A DNA stretch of 58,535 bases, counting the filler, from Squatina squatina (taxonomy: Eukaryota), in assembly GCA_031763465.1 (NCBI GenBank). It is 4 parts of 4 records of this genome, joined end to end, with 100 filler letters (N's around TTAATTAATTAA, not from the genome) between each part and the next. Parts side by side here need not be neighbours in the genome. Positions count along the whole stretch, not along the records: positions 1 to 13,409 come from JARFOE010000219.1; positions 13,510 to 28,752 come from JARFOE010000100.1; 2 more parts are not named here. The stretch is one strand, 5' to 3'. Positions 12,586 through 25,780 of the stretch are shown here, one piece after another. Each line of letters starts with the position of its first letter. The first letter of the stretch is position 1. A program made the translations under genes and the position numbers. The notes under the pieces were generated by a model. The model did not search any database and was not told the DNA's origin. It worked only from the letters and a program-made list of their open reading frames with translations.

Positions 12586-12869
12586 NNNNNNNNNNNNNNN
12601 NNNNNNNNNNNNNNNNNNNNNNNNNNNNNNNNNNNNNNNNNNNNNNNNNNNNNNNNNNNNNNNNNNNNNNNNNNNNNNNNNNNNNATAGGGCGAGGCGAG
12701 GCCATGGAGGGATTTGAAAACAAGGATGAGAATTTTGAAATCGCTAGACTAGCCCAGGAAGAAGGGTCTCTTGGGCGAGGGGCGAGATGTTGGAGGGCAG
12801 GGCAGCGCCTGCAGAACTGCGCCCAGGTTTGAGCCAGCGACTGCAAGGGACAAGGGCGGGAAACAAGAG

Positions 12870-13200
12870 GCAAAAAAAAAGTAAGAAAGAACCAGAGGCG
12901 AAATTTTGTTTACACAGCGAGTTGTTGTGATCGGGAACGTGCTACTGAAAGGGCGGTGGAAGCACATTCAATAGTAACTTTCAAAAGGGAGTTGGATAAA
13001 TACTCGAAAAGGAAAAATTTGCAGAGCCGTGGGAAAAGAGCAGGGGGAGTGGGATTAATTGGACAGCTCTTTTGCGGAGCAGGCCCGAAGGGCCGAATGG
13101 CCTACTCCTGCTCCTATTTTCTATGTTTCTTTCAAAGAGCCAGCAGAGGCACGATGGGCCGAATGGCGTCCTTCATTCTATGTATCATTCTATGGTTCCA
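12870..13200 (+). mobile_element. CR1 LINE 3' end(s)
   Basis: [17 protein letters not shown]-terminal motif, plus the 3' UTR gggccgaatggcct...ttctatgtttct present twice. Confidence 0.8.
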
Positions 13201-13409
13201 AAAGAAAAGGAGAGGGCAGAGATGAACCAAAGGCTTCACAATAAACCTTAGTTGCTCAGCCCAGTGGCTGGGCAGAGAGCAGCGTTGGTGGAGGTTTGGA
13301 GACGGGCTTAGCGTATTGGTCCGAGAGTTGGAGGTCAGCAGCTCAGGCGATGGTGCTGTGCACCGCAGCCACACACCAACACTAACAGCCACCGGTCAGT
13401 GAGAACACG

Positions 13410-13509
13410 NNNNNNNNNNNNNNNNNNNNNNNNNNNNNNNNNNNNNNNNNNNNTTAATTAATTAANNNNNNNNNNNNNNNNNNNNNNNNNNNNNNNNNNN
13501 NNNNNNNNN
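13410..13509. other. Artificial scaffold-joining linker
   Basis: 44 N + TTAATTAATTAA (stop codons in all six frames) + 44 N. Confidence 0.97.
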
Positions 13510-13929
13510 AGCAGGAAGACAGCTACTCCTTCTAGTTTTTTTAAAGCGTTTATACATTTTGTAGCAACAGGTTGGTAGTGCAGGACATCTTAAACCGTTG
13601 TAATACATCTCAGATGGTAGAATGTACATGTAAATATCTGATCCTGTTTGGCCTCATGATTTACAATTAGGAAGTCAGATCAAGTGAATTCTTGCTGCTT
13701 TCTCACACATTCCAACAGTCAGCTACAGAGCAGCAAAGCAGAAACCTATGCCTGTTTACTCATTCAAGGTGTAATATGTGTTGACCCAACAGAACCATCC
13801 ACGAAATGGGAGTGGAAGATATCTTCATGCATACTTGTATCGGAAACAAAGTATTGGAACGTCATTCATCGCTCCAGGCACATCTTTTCCCACATCACAT
13901 CAACAATATAACACAAGGTACATGCATAC

Positions 13930-14016
13930 ATTCAGAATGTCCATGTTGGCGACCTGGTATGCTGGTGATCCCAAGACCTTTTGGGGGAGCCCTTTGACCG
14001 TCGCCTCTAGAAGAGC
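13930..14016 (-). CDS. RIF1: RIF1 internal HEAT-region exon (87 bp)
   Basis: Acceptor ttggttttctttccAG and donor GTATGC. Translates ALLEATVKGLPQKVLGSPAYQVANMDILN, matching RIF1 KGLPQKVLGSPAYQVANMDILN. Confidence 0.94.
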
Positions 14017-16054
14017 CTGGAAAGAAAACCAAACTATTAAATAACAGCATTGTATTTATAAATTGCTTTCCCCCTCCACCACGATGCAGTGACAATTGNN
14101 NNNNNNNNNNNNNNNNNNNNNNNNNNNNNNNNNNNNNNNNNNNNNNNNNNNNNNNNNNNNNNNNNNNNNNNNNNNNNNNNNNNNNNNNNNNNNNNNNNAA
14201 AGAGACAAAGGGTGACACAGCGCCGAAGCTGTAAAGCAGGAAAGCTTCGGCATGTTCACAGAAAAGGGAACCGACTTAAAGATGAAAAGGCCATTTAGAC
14301 CTCGATAGAGTGCTATAGAATTATCACCAAATGTAAAGGGCATGTATGTAATTTTGTATGGGTTGTACCCCGTGCCTATAAATAGGTGAACAGTATCCCC
14401 GTACTGTTCACGCTGACTTGGCATTTGCTTTTGCGTCACGCTTGTACTTTTTACCTTCTCTCAGGACCGAAGGTACATTTGTAATTCGAAGTCATTTATA
14501 TTCATTAATACAAGTAGAGATAATTCTATGACAATATTCAAATGATTATTTCATATTCCATGATTTATGCAAATGCTCCATGACACATTTTTCTCAGATC
14601 AGGGTAGCATGCTTTCTGATGGTAGTAGCAATTAGGATTCGCTAGTGTAACAGAATTTTTAAAAGATTCAGACCAGTTTTTTTCTCAACATGTTATTTCC
14701 TCCTCCGGCTTTCCTAAAGCTGCTGACCTCTCACTGGGGTTAGTCTTACCCAGCGCTTGTCATTGTTCATGTATAAACCTTGACCATGACTTTTGGCAGA
14801 CTTTGAATTTGAAGCAATCCAAAACTACGGTGACAGGAATGTAGAGGCTGGTCAGAAAGAAACTTAGGCCCAATTTTAACTGGGGGCCAGTTTTCGGTGG
14901 GTGAGTTTTGATATCCAGGATAATTTAACTCCCAGACCTCATTTAAATGCCACCAGCCGACTTCCCACCCATTCCGAGCAGAAAGCAGTGCAAATTTGCT
15001 CAGCCAAACAGACAACCTGTCGGGCAGGAAAGTCAATCCCTTTCAATGTCCACTACAAGGATTCCTGATATGAAGATCAGAGGGAAGATTTTCCTGGGTC
15101 TGTTCACAGTTATGTGCTGAGTACAGCGAATATCGGAATAATGAGCAGGTCAGAGCACACACCACGCATGTACCTTCATCGCAACTGAAGACTAAAAGGC
15201 ATCTTAGCGAGATTGAAAAGAGAGAGAAAAAGTGGGGAGTGGGTCGCAATTAAGAGATCTGCCAATCACAGAGAGGGATTGAATGACCTGAAAAATGCTT
15301 AATAGAAAACTGTTCGATGAAATAATTGATTATCAATGAGGTGATGGAGAAACGTGAAAAGGACAAAAAGTATAAATAATAAGAGAAAAGGCATAGAACA
15401 GAGAATCAAAAATGGAGAAAAAGAGACAAAAAGGAGCTTCAACAGTAGCAGGTCTGAAATTTAAACAGCAAATGCTGGCTAAATGCTGTGGCTCTGCCAG
15501 TCCTAAGAAAAAAGGGAAGTCATCACGACAGGCTCAGATCCTTCACATGCACTGAGTTCTGACTAAGGGTCTCTCCAAAACAAATGCTAACTGAACTTCC
15601 CCCTCAACCTAGTAATAGATAGAATTATCCAAGACGCTTCCTATCGTCTTCTCTCTCCTTGCCTGTTATCTGTAGTGGGGTCAATGAATGGATTTCCACT
15701 TAACACTAACGACCACTATAACATATTAACACATGTATCCCGCTCCCTGGTTTCATTACTTAAACTGTACACTACTAGAGAAAAATAACACTCAACATAG
15801 GGACCGACTGATCTGCTGTGCATTTCCAGGATTCAGTATTTTTCTTTTCATCTACGCATCGTTATTTTTGGGAACTAACAAATATTCTACAGAGAAATTT
15901 TCTGTAACAGCAGCTTTGCAGACTCCATATTTATAGCATTTAGCAACATAATCTTCTTTTGCAATGAATTGAAAATAATATGGATACGCTCTTTCCCACA
16001 ATCCATCTTCTACTTGGAGGGGACAGACGGGAGCGATGCCCAGGATAATCTTAC

Positions 16055-16147
16055 CTTTCCCAACAGTTTCACAAAGAGGGGCCACAATTTCAACACATAA
16101 GTTTCATTTTTTGTTGTGAAGAGTTTCTGGAGTTCTGGAATCATTTT
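16055..16147 (-). CDS. RIF1: RIF1 N-terminal domain exon (93 bp)
   Basis: Acceptor gttatcgttccAG and donor GTAAGA. Translates KMIPELQKLFTTKNETYVLKLWPLFVKLLGK, matching RIF1 ELQKLF..KNETYVLKLWPLFVKLLG. Confidence 0.94.
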
Positions 16148-17216
16148 CTGGAACGATAACAGTTTGGAATATTTATTACTAATCCTTCATCGTTCGCTTT
16201 TCAAATAAAGTACGAGACAAAAGACGAGGCAGAGGTACGTGCCTGCACCTTTGTTTCCCCATATGGCAAGCCGCCAAGCTCAGCAGACAGCAGCTAATCA
16301 GTAAATACAATTCTCTATAGTAAGCCAATTTGCGCAGAAGATCCCAGAAACAATACTGCGAGAGATATTCTGGGTTTTTTTTTAAATATAAAAGTAATGG
16401 TGGTTGAGGGATGAATGTTGNNNNNNNNNNNNNNNNNNNNNNNNNNNNNNNNNNNNNNNNNNNNNNNNNNNNNNNNNNNNNNNNNNNNNNNNNNNNNNNN
16501 NNNNNNNNNNNNNNNNNNNNTAGGGTTAGGCAGCTCTAGTTGAAGAATTATCACCAGTACAGATGTGTTGGTCCAAGTTGGTGCCTTTTGTGATGTAATT
16601 TCTATGATGTTATGATATATATATTTGCATGTTGCAGTTTAGACTCAACTTTATCAGTTATATCTAAGTTTGGCAGAAGACTGATTGAGACATGTGAAAT
16701 TTATTGGGCTGTGAGCTGCGTCTCATGTTAGTTCAACTTTGCCTTTGCCAGCATTACCAGTTGTAGTTGCAGGCCCAAAGGGATTAGAATTCATTGTCCT
16801 CCTGAGGTTAGTCACTTTCTTACATGCATCTGAATTATTGGTTTGAGGTTGTTTTGACATGAAAGTTAGTCCATGGACCACAGCAGCAATCTGTATGAGT
16901 CAGTTATGTATAACATGAACAGATTGCTACAGTTGTATTGGACTAGAATGGCTATTAGTAACTAGTGCCTCCATAGGTTGTAACAAAAATGAAGCCATAT
17001 GTGCTTGTATTATGGAAGGTTTGCTCAGATACTGCTATCACAAATAATTTCAGCATTGACTTCATATTCAATGCAGGGTGTGTTGTAAAAATTATTCGCA
17101 AATTATTTTCAACATATTGCTTAAAGTGGATTGATCTCAGAAAATACAACACATTCAAAAGTATTTCTAGTTCAGCATATTATTCTATAGGAATTTGTAT
17201 TAAGTTGCATGGTTAC

Positions 17217-17257
17217 CTGTGCTAATGATGTCGCTTGGTAATTTATTTCCACAAAAT
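17217..17257 (-). CDS. TNFAIP6: TSG-6 small CUB-domain exon (41 bp)
   Basis: Acceptor tgtgtcttttcAG and donor GTAACC. Phase 2 joins the 18232-18460 exon. Translates (R)FCGNKLPSDIIST(G). Confidence 0.92.
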
Positions 17258-18231
17258 CTGAAAAGACACAAAATACGAAGTTTGAAATTGAATATTAGAC
17301 ATGGAAGATTCACTAGTAAAGGTTTACTTTTGAAACTGAACATTGGATGTGAGGTCTGCAGATAATCAGAGACTCATTATTAGCTCAACTGTATTTACCA
17401 GTGTGGAACACAACCGTTGCCTTACTGTTACTGTTATGCACCTAGGAGTTTTTGTTATGGGAGACAGAAATCTTGTTTATGAACCTCCGGGATGGTAATC
17501 CTGGGAAGCTGAACACTTTTTGCATTCCCAGGTTAGACTTGGCACAAGTAGATGTATGGGATGGCTCTCGCTTTCTTCACATTGTCCCAAGACTGTACTA
17601 AANNNNNNNNNNNNNNNNNNNNNNNNNNNNNNNNNNNNNNNNNNNNNNNNNNNNNNNNNNNNNNNNNNNNNNNNNNNNNNNNNNNNNNNNNNNNNNNNNN
17701 NNTAATTGTTTGTACTGCTAACCCAGATCAATGAATGTAGAATGACAAAAATCAGTTTTTCACATAGAAATCAATTAAAATATCATATATTTAACTATAA
17801 AACTCATTTGCTCTACACATTTCTCATTTATACCAAAAATAAGCTGTGACCTTGGTCTGTTGTGGGGAAAGGGGCCATCCATATCTTAAATTCCTAACTA
17901 TTTCCAATGCACCTCTTGTGGCACCAAATGGACTTTGAAACCCATTCTGAATTGTAGTTAATTTCAACATTTTGTGTACAAACATGATGGGTGCTACAAG
18001 AGCAAATCTGAAATCTGTGTGAAACTGGGAAAGTTTGACATTTACCCAAACTCACTGCCATTACCATTTAATCATGCTAATCATCAAATGCTTCGCAGAA
18101 ACCAATCAGATCCCAGAACTATGAGAACTGACAACTGTGGAAGAGTCCACTCAGCACCTATGAGCAATGCCATAAAAGATATAGTATCAGTTCTATCACA
18201 TTATTATTCCAATGTAGCAATAAACATTTAC

Positions 18232-18460
18232 CTGCCAACCAAGCCAAGTAAGTCATCGTAGCTGTCATAAACCTCAAGGTAGTCTGACAAGCAGGATGGG
18301 TCATCTTCTACATCAAATTCCAGAAAGCGTAAATGGATGCGCTGCTTGTACTTTACTCGGATGTGCCAGTAACAGATCTGTTGATGCTCGTACTCATCTG
18401 GGTAGTCTGGGGACTTGATAATGCGTTCTGGATCTGTTAGAACACCACCACATTGTTTTG
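18232..18460 (-). CDS. TNFAIP6: TSG-6 CUB-domain exon (229 bp)
   Basis: Acceptor tttccactcctcAG and donor GTAAAT. Translates (A)KQCGGVLTDPERIIKSPDYPDEYEHQQICYWHIRVKYKQRIHLRFLEFDVEDDPSCLSDYLEVYDSYDDLLGLVG(R). Adjacent to RIF1 on the same strand, as in mammals. Confidence 0.96.
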
Positions 18461-18619
18461 CTGAGGAGTGGAAAACACAAGTAAAGGAATTATACTTTGT
18501 AATAAACTTGGAAACAAAAAGCTTCAGTGTGGAAGTTATATACAAGAAAAAAGGCTAGGGGAAAAATTCTGTCTTTATTTCTTCACCCTGAGAGATCTAT
18601 CCGAACACAGAAGCGAAAT

Positions 18620-18711
18620 ACTGACGAAGGGTCGTCGACCCAAAACGTTGACTCTGTTTTTCTCTCCACAGATGCTGCCTGACCTGCTGAGTTTTTCCAG
18701 CATTTTTTGTT
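18620..18711 (+). mobile_element. Short retroelement 3' tail common in cartilaginous fishes (Penelope/SINE-like)
   Basis: ctgacgaagggtc...ctctccacagatgctgcctgacctgctgagtttttccagcatttt. Recognised from memory, family not verified. Confidence 0.6.
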
Positions 18712-19595
18712 NNNNNNNNNNNNNNNNNNNNNNNNNNNNNNNNNNNNNNNNNNNNNNNNNNNNNNNNNNNNNNNNNNNNNNNNNNNNNNNNNNNNNNNNN
18801 NNNNNNNNNNNGCAGGGTTTGCACAGAGAGGAGTTAATTACCACAGCGGATTACTCTAAACATCACGAGAATTCAACATCAGTTCAGTATTTTCTTTTCT
18901 AATTTTTCTCCGCCCCTCAAAGGCGTCGACACCATGCTGGCTGCAGTCGGCAGCTCTCTGCAATGGCACCAAGTAGCCATTCATGCTTGGGCCTAGACAG
19001 TGAGCTTTGGGGCTATTCTACCATGGGAGGGGCATCGTAACCAAGCTTGATCATGTCCTCACTCACTGCGTTTTCCAGCAGGGGCCCCTGGACAACAATC
19101 AGGAATGGGAACACTGGATGTTTTTTGTAAACCCTTCCCTAAGCCTAGGGTCATTGAAGTCAATTCCTTTGCTCCTGCTAACACACTGGTAAGACAGTGT
19201 GTACTACAGTATAATTTAATTCTTGGTCTAATTATTTATCTATGGTGCATGTTAATTTCTTGCATTAACTTTAAAAATGAAATATAAATTACAAGCAATC
19301 AATAAGACATTCAGAAATGGGCTGATTATCTGAAAGCTAATAATAGTTTTCACACCAATAGGAGACAGATATATATATCTATTTTGTACGATGTCCGGAC
19401 TTTGGAACATCTAAACATTGGCCAGAAGGCAGCAGAATTTCAACAGCTAGCCAAATGATTGGTGTTAAGTAATTAAAGCATGGTTTCAGAACACAAACCA
19501 AGACAAGAATCCTCCTCCTCCAAGGGGAACTCAGTTTGTCATTTTCTAAAACAAAGGAGGAAAAGAAACAACACAAAGAAGAACTGCGGGCTTAC

Positions 19596-19689
19596 CTAAC
19601 CATATTGAGTTGTGCAGTATTCCATTTTTCAGCCCCCAAGTGTCTGTCTCGTGCCACAATAAAATTAAGAGAAAGAAGGACAGAGGCAT
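19596..19689 (-). CDS. TNFAIP6: TSG-6 first coding exon (signal peptide, 94 bp)
   Basis: ATG at 19689 and donor GTAAGC. Translates MPLSFFLLILLWHETDTWGLKNGILHNSIWL, compared with human ...LLWEDTQGWGFKDGIFHNSIWL. Confidence 0.94.
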
Positions 19690-19860
19690 AGCTGCAGTTG
19701 TACTTCAAGGCTTAAGGGTGTTCTTGGAAGTGGCGTTGCTGTAACAGCTACAAGTAGATATAGCTACCAATGAACCACGTTGTGCTCCAACATCTGGTCA
19801 CCAGATGTACTTTACTTCCTAACTGTTTAATAGCTGTGATGTCACTGTGGTTGCTGAGAT
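19690..19860 (-). promoter_or_regulatory. Putative TNFAIP6 5' UTR/proximal promoter
   Basis: Immediately upstream of the ATG. Contains an ETS-like AGGAAGT (19814-19820), a TATA-like TATTAAA (19826-19832) and a CRE/ATF-like TGACATCA (19837-19844). Short motifs only, function inferred. Confidence 0.35.
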
Positions 19861-20144
19861 TACAGTTGCTGCTATACAACAGCACACTAACTATAAGGCA
19901 GACAGTTTTTACTTCAAATGGTTTTAAAATGTATTATTATTATTGAGAATTATTATTAATAATGCGTGCACGGTGGCAGCGGGTGGAGATTGTGGACTGA
20001 TTTAAGAATTGGATCATCACCAGGGCTTTGAAAAAGCCCAGAGAGCCCAGCTGTTGCTCGCCAGGGCGCTGCGTGTGCAGGGAATGGGATCTGAGAGCTT
20101 TCCATTCTGGTTGGTGAGATTTGGCGGGAGGAGTCCGGCTTTAA

Positions 20145-21070
<926 letters not shown>

Positions 21071-21170
21071 NNNNNNNNNNNNNNNNNNNNNNNNNNNNNN
21101 NNNNNNNNNNNNNNNNNNNNNNNNNNNNNNNNNNNNNNNNNNNNNNNNNNNNNNNNNNNNNNNNNNNNNN

Positions 21171-21340
21171 AGGCTGAGACAGACAGATTTTTGATCAGCA
21201 AGGGAGTCAAAGGTTATGGGGAACAGGCAGGAAAGTGGAGTTGAGGCAAATATCAGATCAGCCACGATCTCATTGAATGGCTGAGCAGGCTCGAGGGGCC
21301 GAATGGCCTACTCCTGTTCCTATTTCTTATGGTCTTATGA
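21171..21340 (+). mobile_element. CR1 LINE 3' UTR/tail
   Basis: gatcagccacgatctcattgaatggc...ggggccgaatggcctactcctgttcctatttcttatg. An inverted copy lies at about 7448-7590. Confidence 0.8.
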
Positions 21341-21992
21341 GGCGATGAATTGCTTAACGCCCCTGGCCATCCTGGCTGACAGACTTGGGAAGAAACAATA
21401 GATCAATGTATTAGTTTGAGCTAGGCGGTGAGTTGTGACATCTCCCAATCTGTCTCATCTGGCTTTAATACACTTTATTCAATGTGTATAGCCTTTGGCC
21501 ATTTCTTTTTAAATCTCTCCCAATTCACTTTTTTTTAAAGCACAACTCTTAAACATGACACTTGGCATCAGACCAAACATTTTCACGTCAGTTTGAACAG
21601 CAGGCAATAAGGAAAGCAATTCTTCCTTTGATGCTGGATGAGTGAGATTGAGAGTTTATGAAGGAACCTACCTTAGTTCACTATTTGCAGCGAATATCAT
21701 AATCCTACATATAAAGAAGGTATTTACGATTTCAATTCAAATAGTGAACAGATTAAACCTTCAAACTTAGTGGGATTGATGATACAAAATTCCTTTGTGT
21801 GCTGTTTTAACACAATTGTTAGCCTATTATTTGTTGCCTATTACATCAGGTTATAGAGCGAGTTATCTTGTCAAAGCGGTTGGACTTGCACGATTTCTGA
21901 AGAGCGCTATGGTTGTGATGGGTAATATAAGAGTGTACACATAGATTAATTTCACTGACTGATTATCTTGCCATTCTGGTTTATGTTTACAG

Positions 21993-22241
21993 ATCTGGAA
22001 AAAATTATTTCACAGAAACAACACAAGCTGGCTGGAAAAACTCTGAAAGTGCAATTATATGATAAAGCTAAAGAAGAAGAAAAGTACGAGCCCCGACAAT
22101 TTGTTCTGAGGGGTTTTGATGGAACCTCGAGGTTAGACCATATTTCACTGTACGTTGACAGTCTCAGCAACAACACAAGGCGTCATATTGAACCTCTGCA
22201 AGATGGTGAAACAGTGGTGGTCACATTTGAAACTGATATAG
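21993..22241 (+). CDS. PARP14-like protein, RRM-like exon (249 bp, phase 1-1)
   Basis: Acceptor tttatgtttacAG and donor G|GTTGGT. Translates DLEKIISQKQHKLAGKTLKVQLY...ISLYVDSLS...VVVTFETDI, resembling the PARP14 RRM region (LYVENIS..., AVVTF). Confidence 0.8.
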
Positions 22242-22440
22242 GTTGGTATTCTCACACTTTATTCTTTTCTAATTTTATTTTTAGCTAATAGCAGTTCATG
22301 TATTTGCATGTTTGGGAGTGAAGTCAGGTTGATTGATGTGTGGACCTGAATGAAATGGTTTCACTGAAGCCTGTATTGAAGTTTGTGATTAATGTGGCCA
22401 TGTGCTGAACACAGAATTTTCCCTTACTTTGCTTTTGTAG

Positions 22441-22677
22441 ATGACAACTCCTTTCTGCAGAATTGTTGTCAGAAACCTTTTGAAAACAACGTTATCACTG
22501 CCGGCCGTCTGGAGAAGACACAAACTGTGCAGATAGAAGGAATTGATCCAATACTCACCGATGACTTCCTGGAATTGTACTTTTCAAATACCAAGCGCAG
22601 TGGTGGTGGGAAAATCACAGAAATCACTGTCAAAAGGTCTGAAAGAATGGCTATTCTTCGTTTTCAAGATCATGAGG
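22441..22677 (+). CDS. PARP14-like protein, RRM exon (237 bp, phase 1-1)
   Basis: Acceptor ctttgcttttgtAG and donor G|GTATAG. Translates ...LEKTQTVQIEGIDPILTDDFLELYFSNTKRSGGGKITEI...AILRFQDHE. LELYFxNxxRSGGG is the PARP10/14/NMI-type RRM motif. Confidence 0.88.
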
Positions 22678-23559
22678 GTATAGTATTTCATTTTTTAACA
22701 AAGAAATTCATATATTTCAAGAATTCAAACATTATAATTTATGTGCTGGCCACCTTTCCAGCACACCATTTTTAAGTTTAAGCCACATAATCTCTACCTA
22801 CAGCCCTGATTTTACCCCAATGCGCCCGACGAGAATGAGGTGGGTGAGTGGTTAAAATCCACTCCTTTCCGACTGGAAGTCTGCCGACCGCCATTTTAGC
22901 TCCGGAGTTCTCTCAGGCGTCCAGCCCAGTTGCAAAAGCACTATTGAAGCCTAGTGGGCTTGGCTTCACAAGCTGACTGACAGGACTGAAAGCTGGAAGC
23001 TGGATTTAATGGGGCACTCGCCTGCAGGATCTGTGTGCTATTGTGAGTAGTGCATTTCCAAGGCAGTTCTGAGCTTGCAGTTTGCTTTGATCTGATGGTT
23101 TTCCCACTTACTTACCCTGATCAAGCACTCACTGCTCATCATGGCTGATGTTTTTGCTTCTTTCCTTTGGATGGATGAACAGTTGGAGGTAGAGGAGCAA
23201 CAGCAGCCTCCACAACCAGGGCAATGCAGCAGGTGGGCCTGTTAGAAGACAGCAAATGAGAGGACAAGAATGACAAGAAAAACTTGTATTTATATACTGC
23301 CTTTAACGTAGTAAAACATCCCAAAGCGTTTCGTAGGAGTATTATAAGACAAAAAAATTGGCACCGGTCCACATAGGGAGAAATTAGGGCTTGGAGAAAG
23401 AGGTCGGTTTTAAGGAACATCTAAAAGGAGGAAAGAGAGATAGAGAGGCGGAGAGTTTTGGGGAGGAAGTTCCAGTGCTTAGGTTCTGGGTAACAGAAGG
23501 CATGGCCTTGTAAAAGACCTTACCCAGTCCATCGGATCTACAGGCCAAGGGTCTGTAGT

Positions 23560-24140
23560 CAGTTTGCTTCTTATTTCTGAGGAGTAGTGTATTAGGTGGC
23601 TATGCTTCACCAGGCTGTTGTTTCAAGACCGTACTTCACCACCAGCTCTCAGAGTCACCACCGCCCTTAAATTCCAAGCTGCTACAATGGATATCACCTG
23701 CATTTCCCAGTCCGCAGTGCTCAGCTGCATCTGGCAGGTCACCAATGGCCTCCTTGCCAAAGCAAAGCAGTACATTGCCTTCCCAATGGATGCCAACAGG
23801 CAGAATGAGGCAGCTCTGGGATTTGCAGCAGTGACCAGCCCCCTCGTGTCCAGGGTATAATAGACTGCACACGTGTAGCTGTCAGGGCACCAGAAGATGA
23901 ACCAGCCGCTTATGTTGACAAGAAGAGATTCATCTCCCTTAACTGGTGTGCGATTATCACAGAAGGATACTGTGAGTGTATGCCAGTTTCACTGGCAGTT
24001 GACAAAATGCCTTCACTCTGCAACACTCATCCTTTCCCCCCAATTTTCCACCCTTCTTGGAATATCAGAGGATGACTGCTGGGGGACAAGGTTTGCACCC
24101 TACATATGGCTGATATGCAACCCCACTACGTCTGAGTAAC
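23560..24140 (+). mobile_element. PIF/Harbinger transposase remnant (HARBI1-like), frameshifted
   Basis: VTTALKF..ISQSAVLSCIWQVTNGL...YIAFP, then in another frame PRVQGIIDCTRVAVRAP...AYVDKKRFISLN and LLGDK, corresponding to the Harbinger DDE motifs (IDCTHV, GDxGY). Confidence 0.9.
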
Positions 24141-25780
24141 AGATGTACAATTAGAGCCATGGGACTAACAGGNNNNNNNNNNNNNNNNNNNNNNNNNNNN
24201 NNNNNNNNNNNNNNNNNNNNNNNNNNNNNNNNNNNNNNNNNNNNNNNNNNNNNNNNNNNNNNNNNNNNNNNNCACCAACTCTGCCACTCCGACAAGTTGC
24301 TCCCCCAGTGGCTTCAGAGAGCTGGTGGAAAACTGCTGTTTCTCATGTGGGGGAACGCTGGAGATTGTCGTGGCTGGCAACTTCGGAGAGCTCGATCCTC
24401 TGACGGCCCATCGGCAGATAGCAGCCGTTTGAGCTTCACCAACACTGCAAAGGCTGTGAACATTGACTCCTATTGTTAGGGTTGGACTCTACAGGATGCA
24501 GTGACCAGGCAACAGCATCCCTGGAGATGGGCACCACAAGTTGACACCACACAGGCTGGAAGCAGACTCCTCTTTCAGCCATGGTGGTGAAACTCCTTGT
24601 CAGGCATTCAAATACCCGATATAGCTGCTTGTGTGAAGAAAGCAGTTTTCATCTTGTTGCTGGATCCCAATACTCCACATCTCTGTCCTCCTCAGCAGGG
24701 CTAGGAGAGGACATTGCCCTCCAGCGAACTATCTCTTGGGTTGCCCCCACCACCAGTACCTGCAGCTGCTCACCGCTCTTACTCACTCTCTAACACAGTT
24801 GGGGTGTCAGTCTCTATGCTGGAGCTTGGGAGTGATGACGCGCATGATAAGGATTCTCTTCCTTTGAGGTTTCTTCTTCTGCGGCCTTCAGAAATGGCTG
24901 GTGCCTTCATGGCAGCTGTGGCTAATCAGGCAGTGCCGGTGTTTGATCATATGGACATGCCTTTTTTGATGCAGGACCATGGAAAGCATAATATTGTGAG
25001 ATTGGGGTTCTTCTGATGGACCATCTAGCATGATGGTTCGTCAGACATTCACATATCTTAGTCATGGGGGATCATGGGGGATGGGGATTTCTTTGGAAAC
25101 AAAGCCTCTGCCAGCACTGTCTTTGAAATATGAGGTAATAACAGTAATGTTTTAGGCAGGAGAAGACCAAGGGTCGATCTAGCCTACTGTCCTAAACCTC
25201 CCATCAGTTTCCTTACTCGCATCCTGATAGGAATTCATACAATTCTTTTTTGAAACTTTCCATTTCACCACCCTTCTCGTACTCTTCCATAATTCTATCA
25301 TGAATTCAAATAAATTTGCCTGAAACTCATATTTTCTTTTGTCACTTTAAACTTTGTCCTTTAGTCTTTGAATCCTGCCAAAACTTTCCTGGATTCAAAT
25401 TAACCACATCTGCAAAATCTGACAAGAACTCAACCATGCCCTTCTCCCTCCTGCTCTTTGTCAGAGAGCAAAGTCACAAAGTAAACAATCGCTCCCTGAA
25501 ACTCAGTGCTCTAAAGTTCAGAAATCAGTATTGTGGCATTCCTCGGGCCTCCCTTCAATAATTCGGTATCATTCCTGTGATACGGAGACCAAACCCCCAG
25601 GTACGAAGGACCTGGCATGAAATGACTGGCTTTCTCTTCAAAAAAAAAGATTGTTTTGCATCAGTAACAAGTGTGACATTTTGGAGCATGTTACATGTGT
25701 CCACAAGAATAGATAGATAATAGATTTATCTATTTCTACTCACTAAAACTGTTTGGTTTCTTCCAATTATATTTTTGCAG

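Noticed and set aside
13454-13465. TTAATTAATTAA as a piggyBac target or regulatory palindrome
   Set aside because: It is identical in three places and centred in N runs, so it is an artificial linker.
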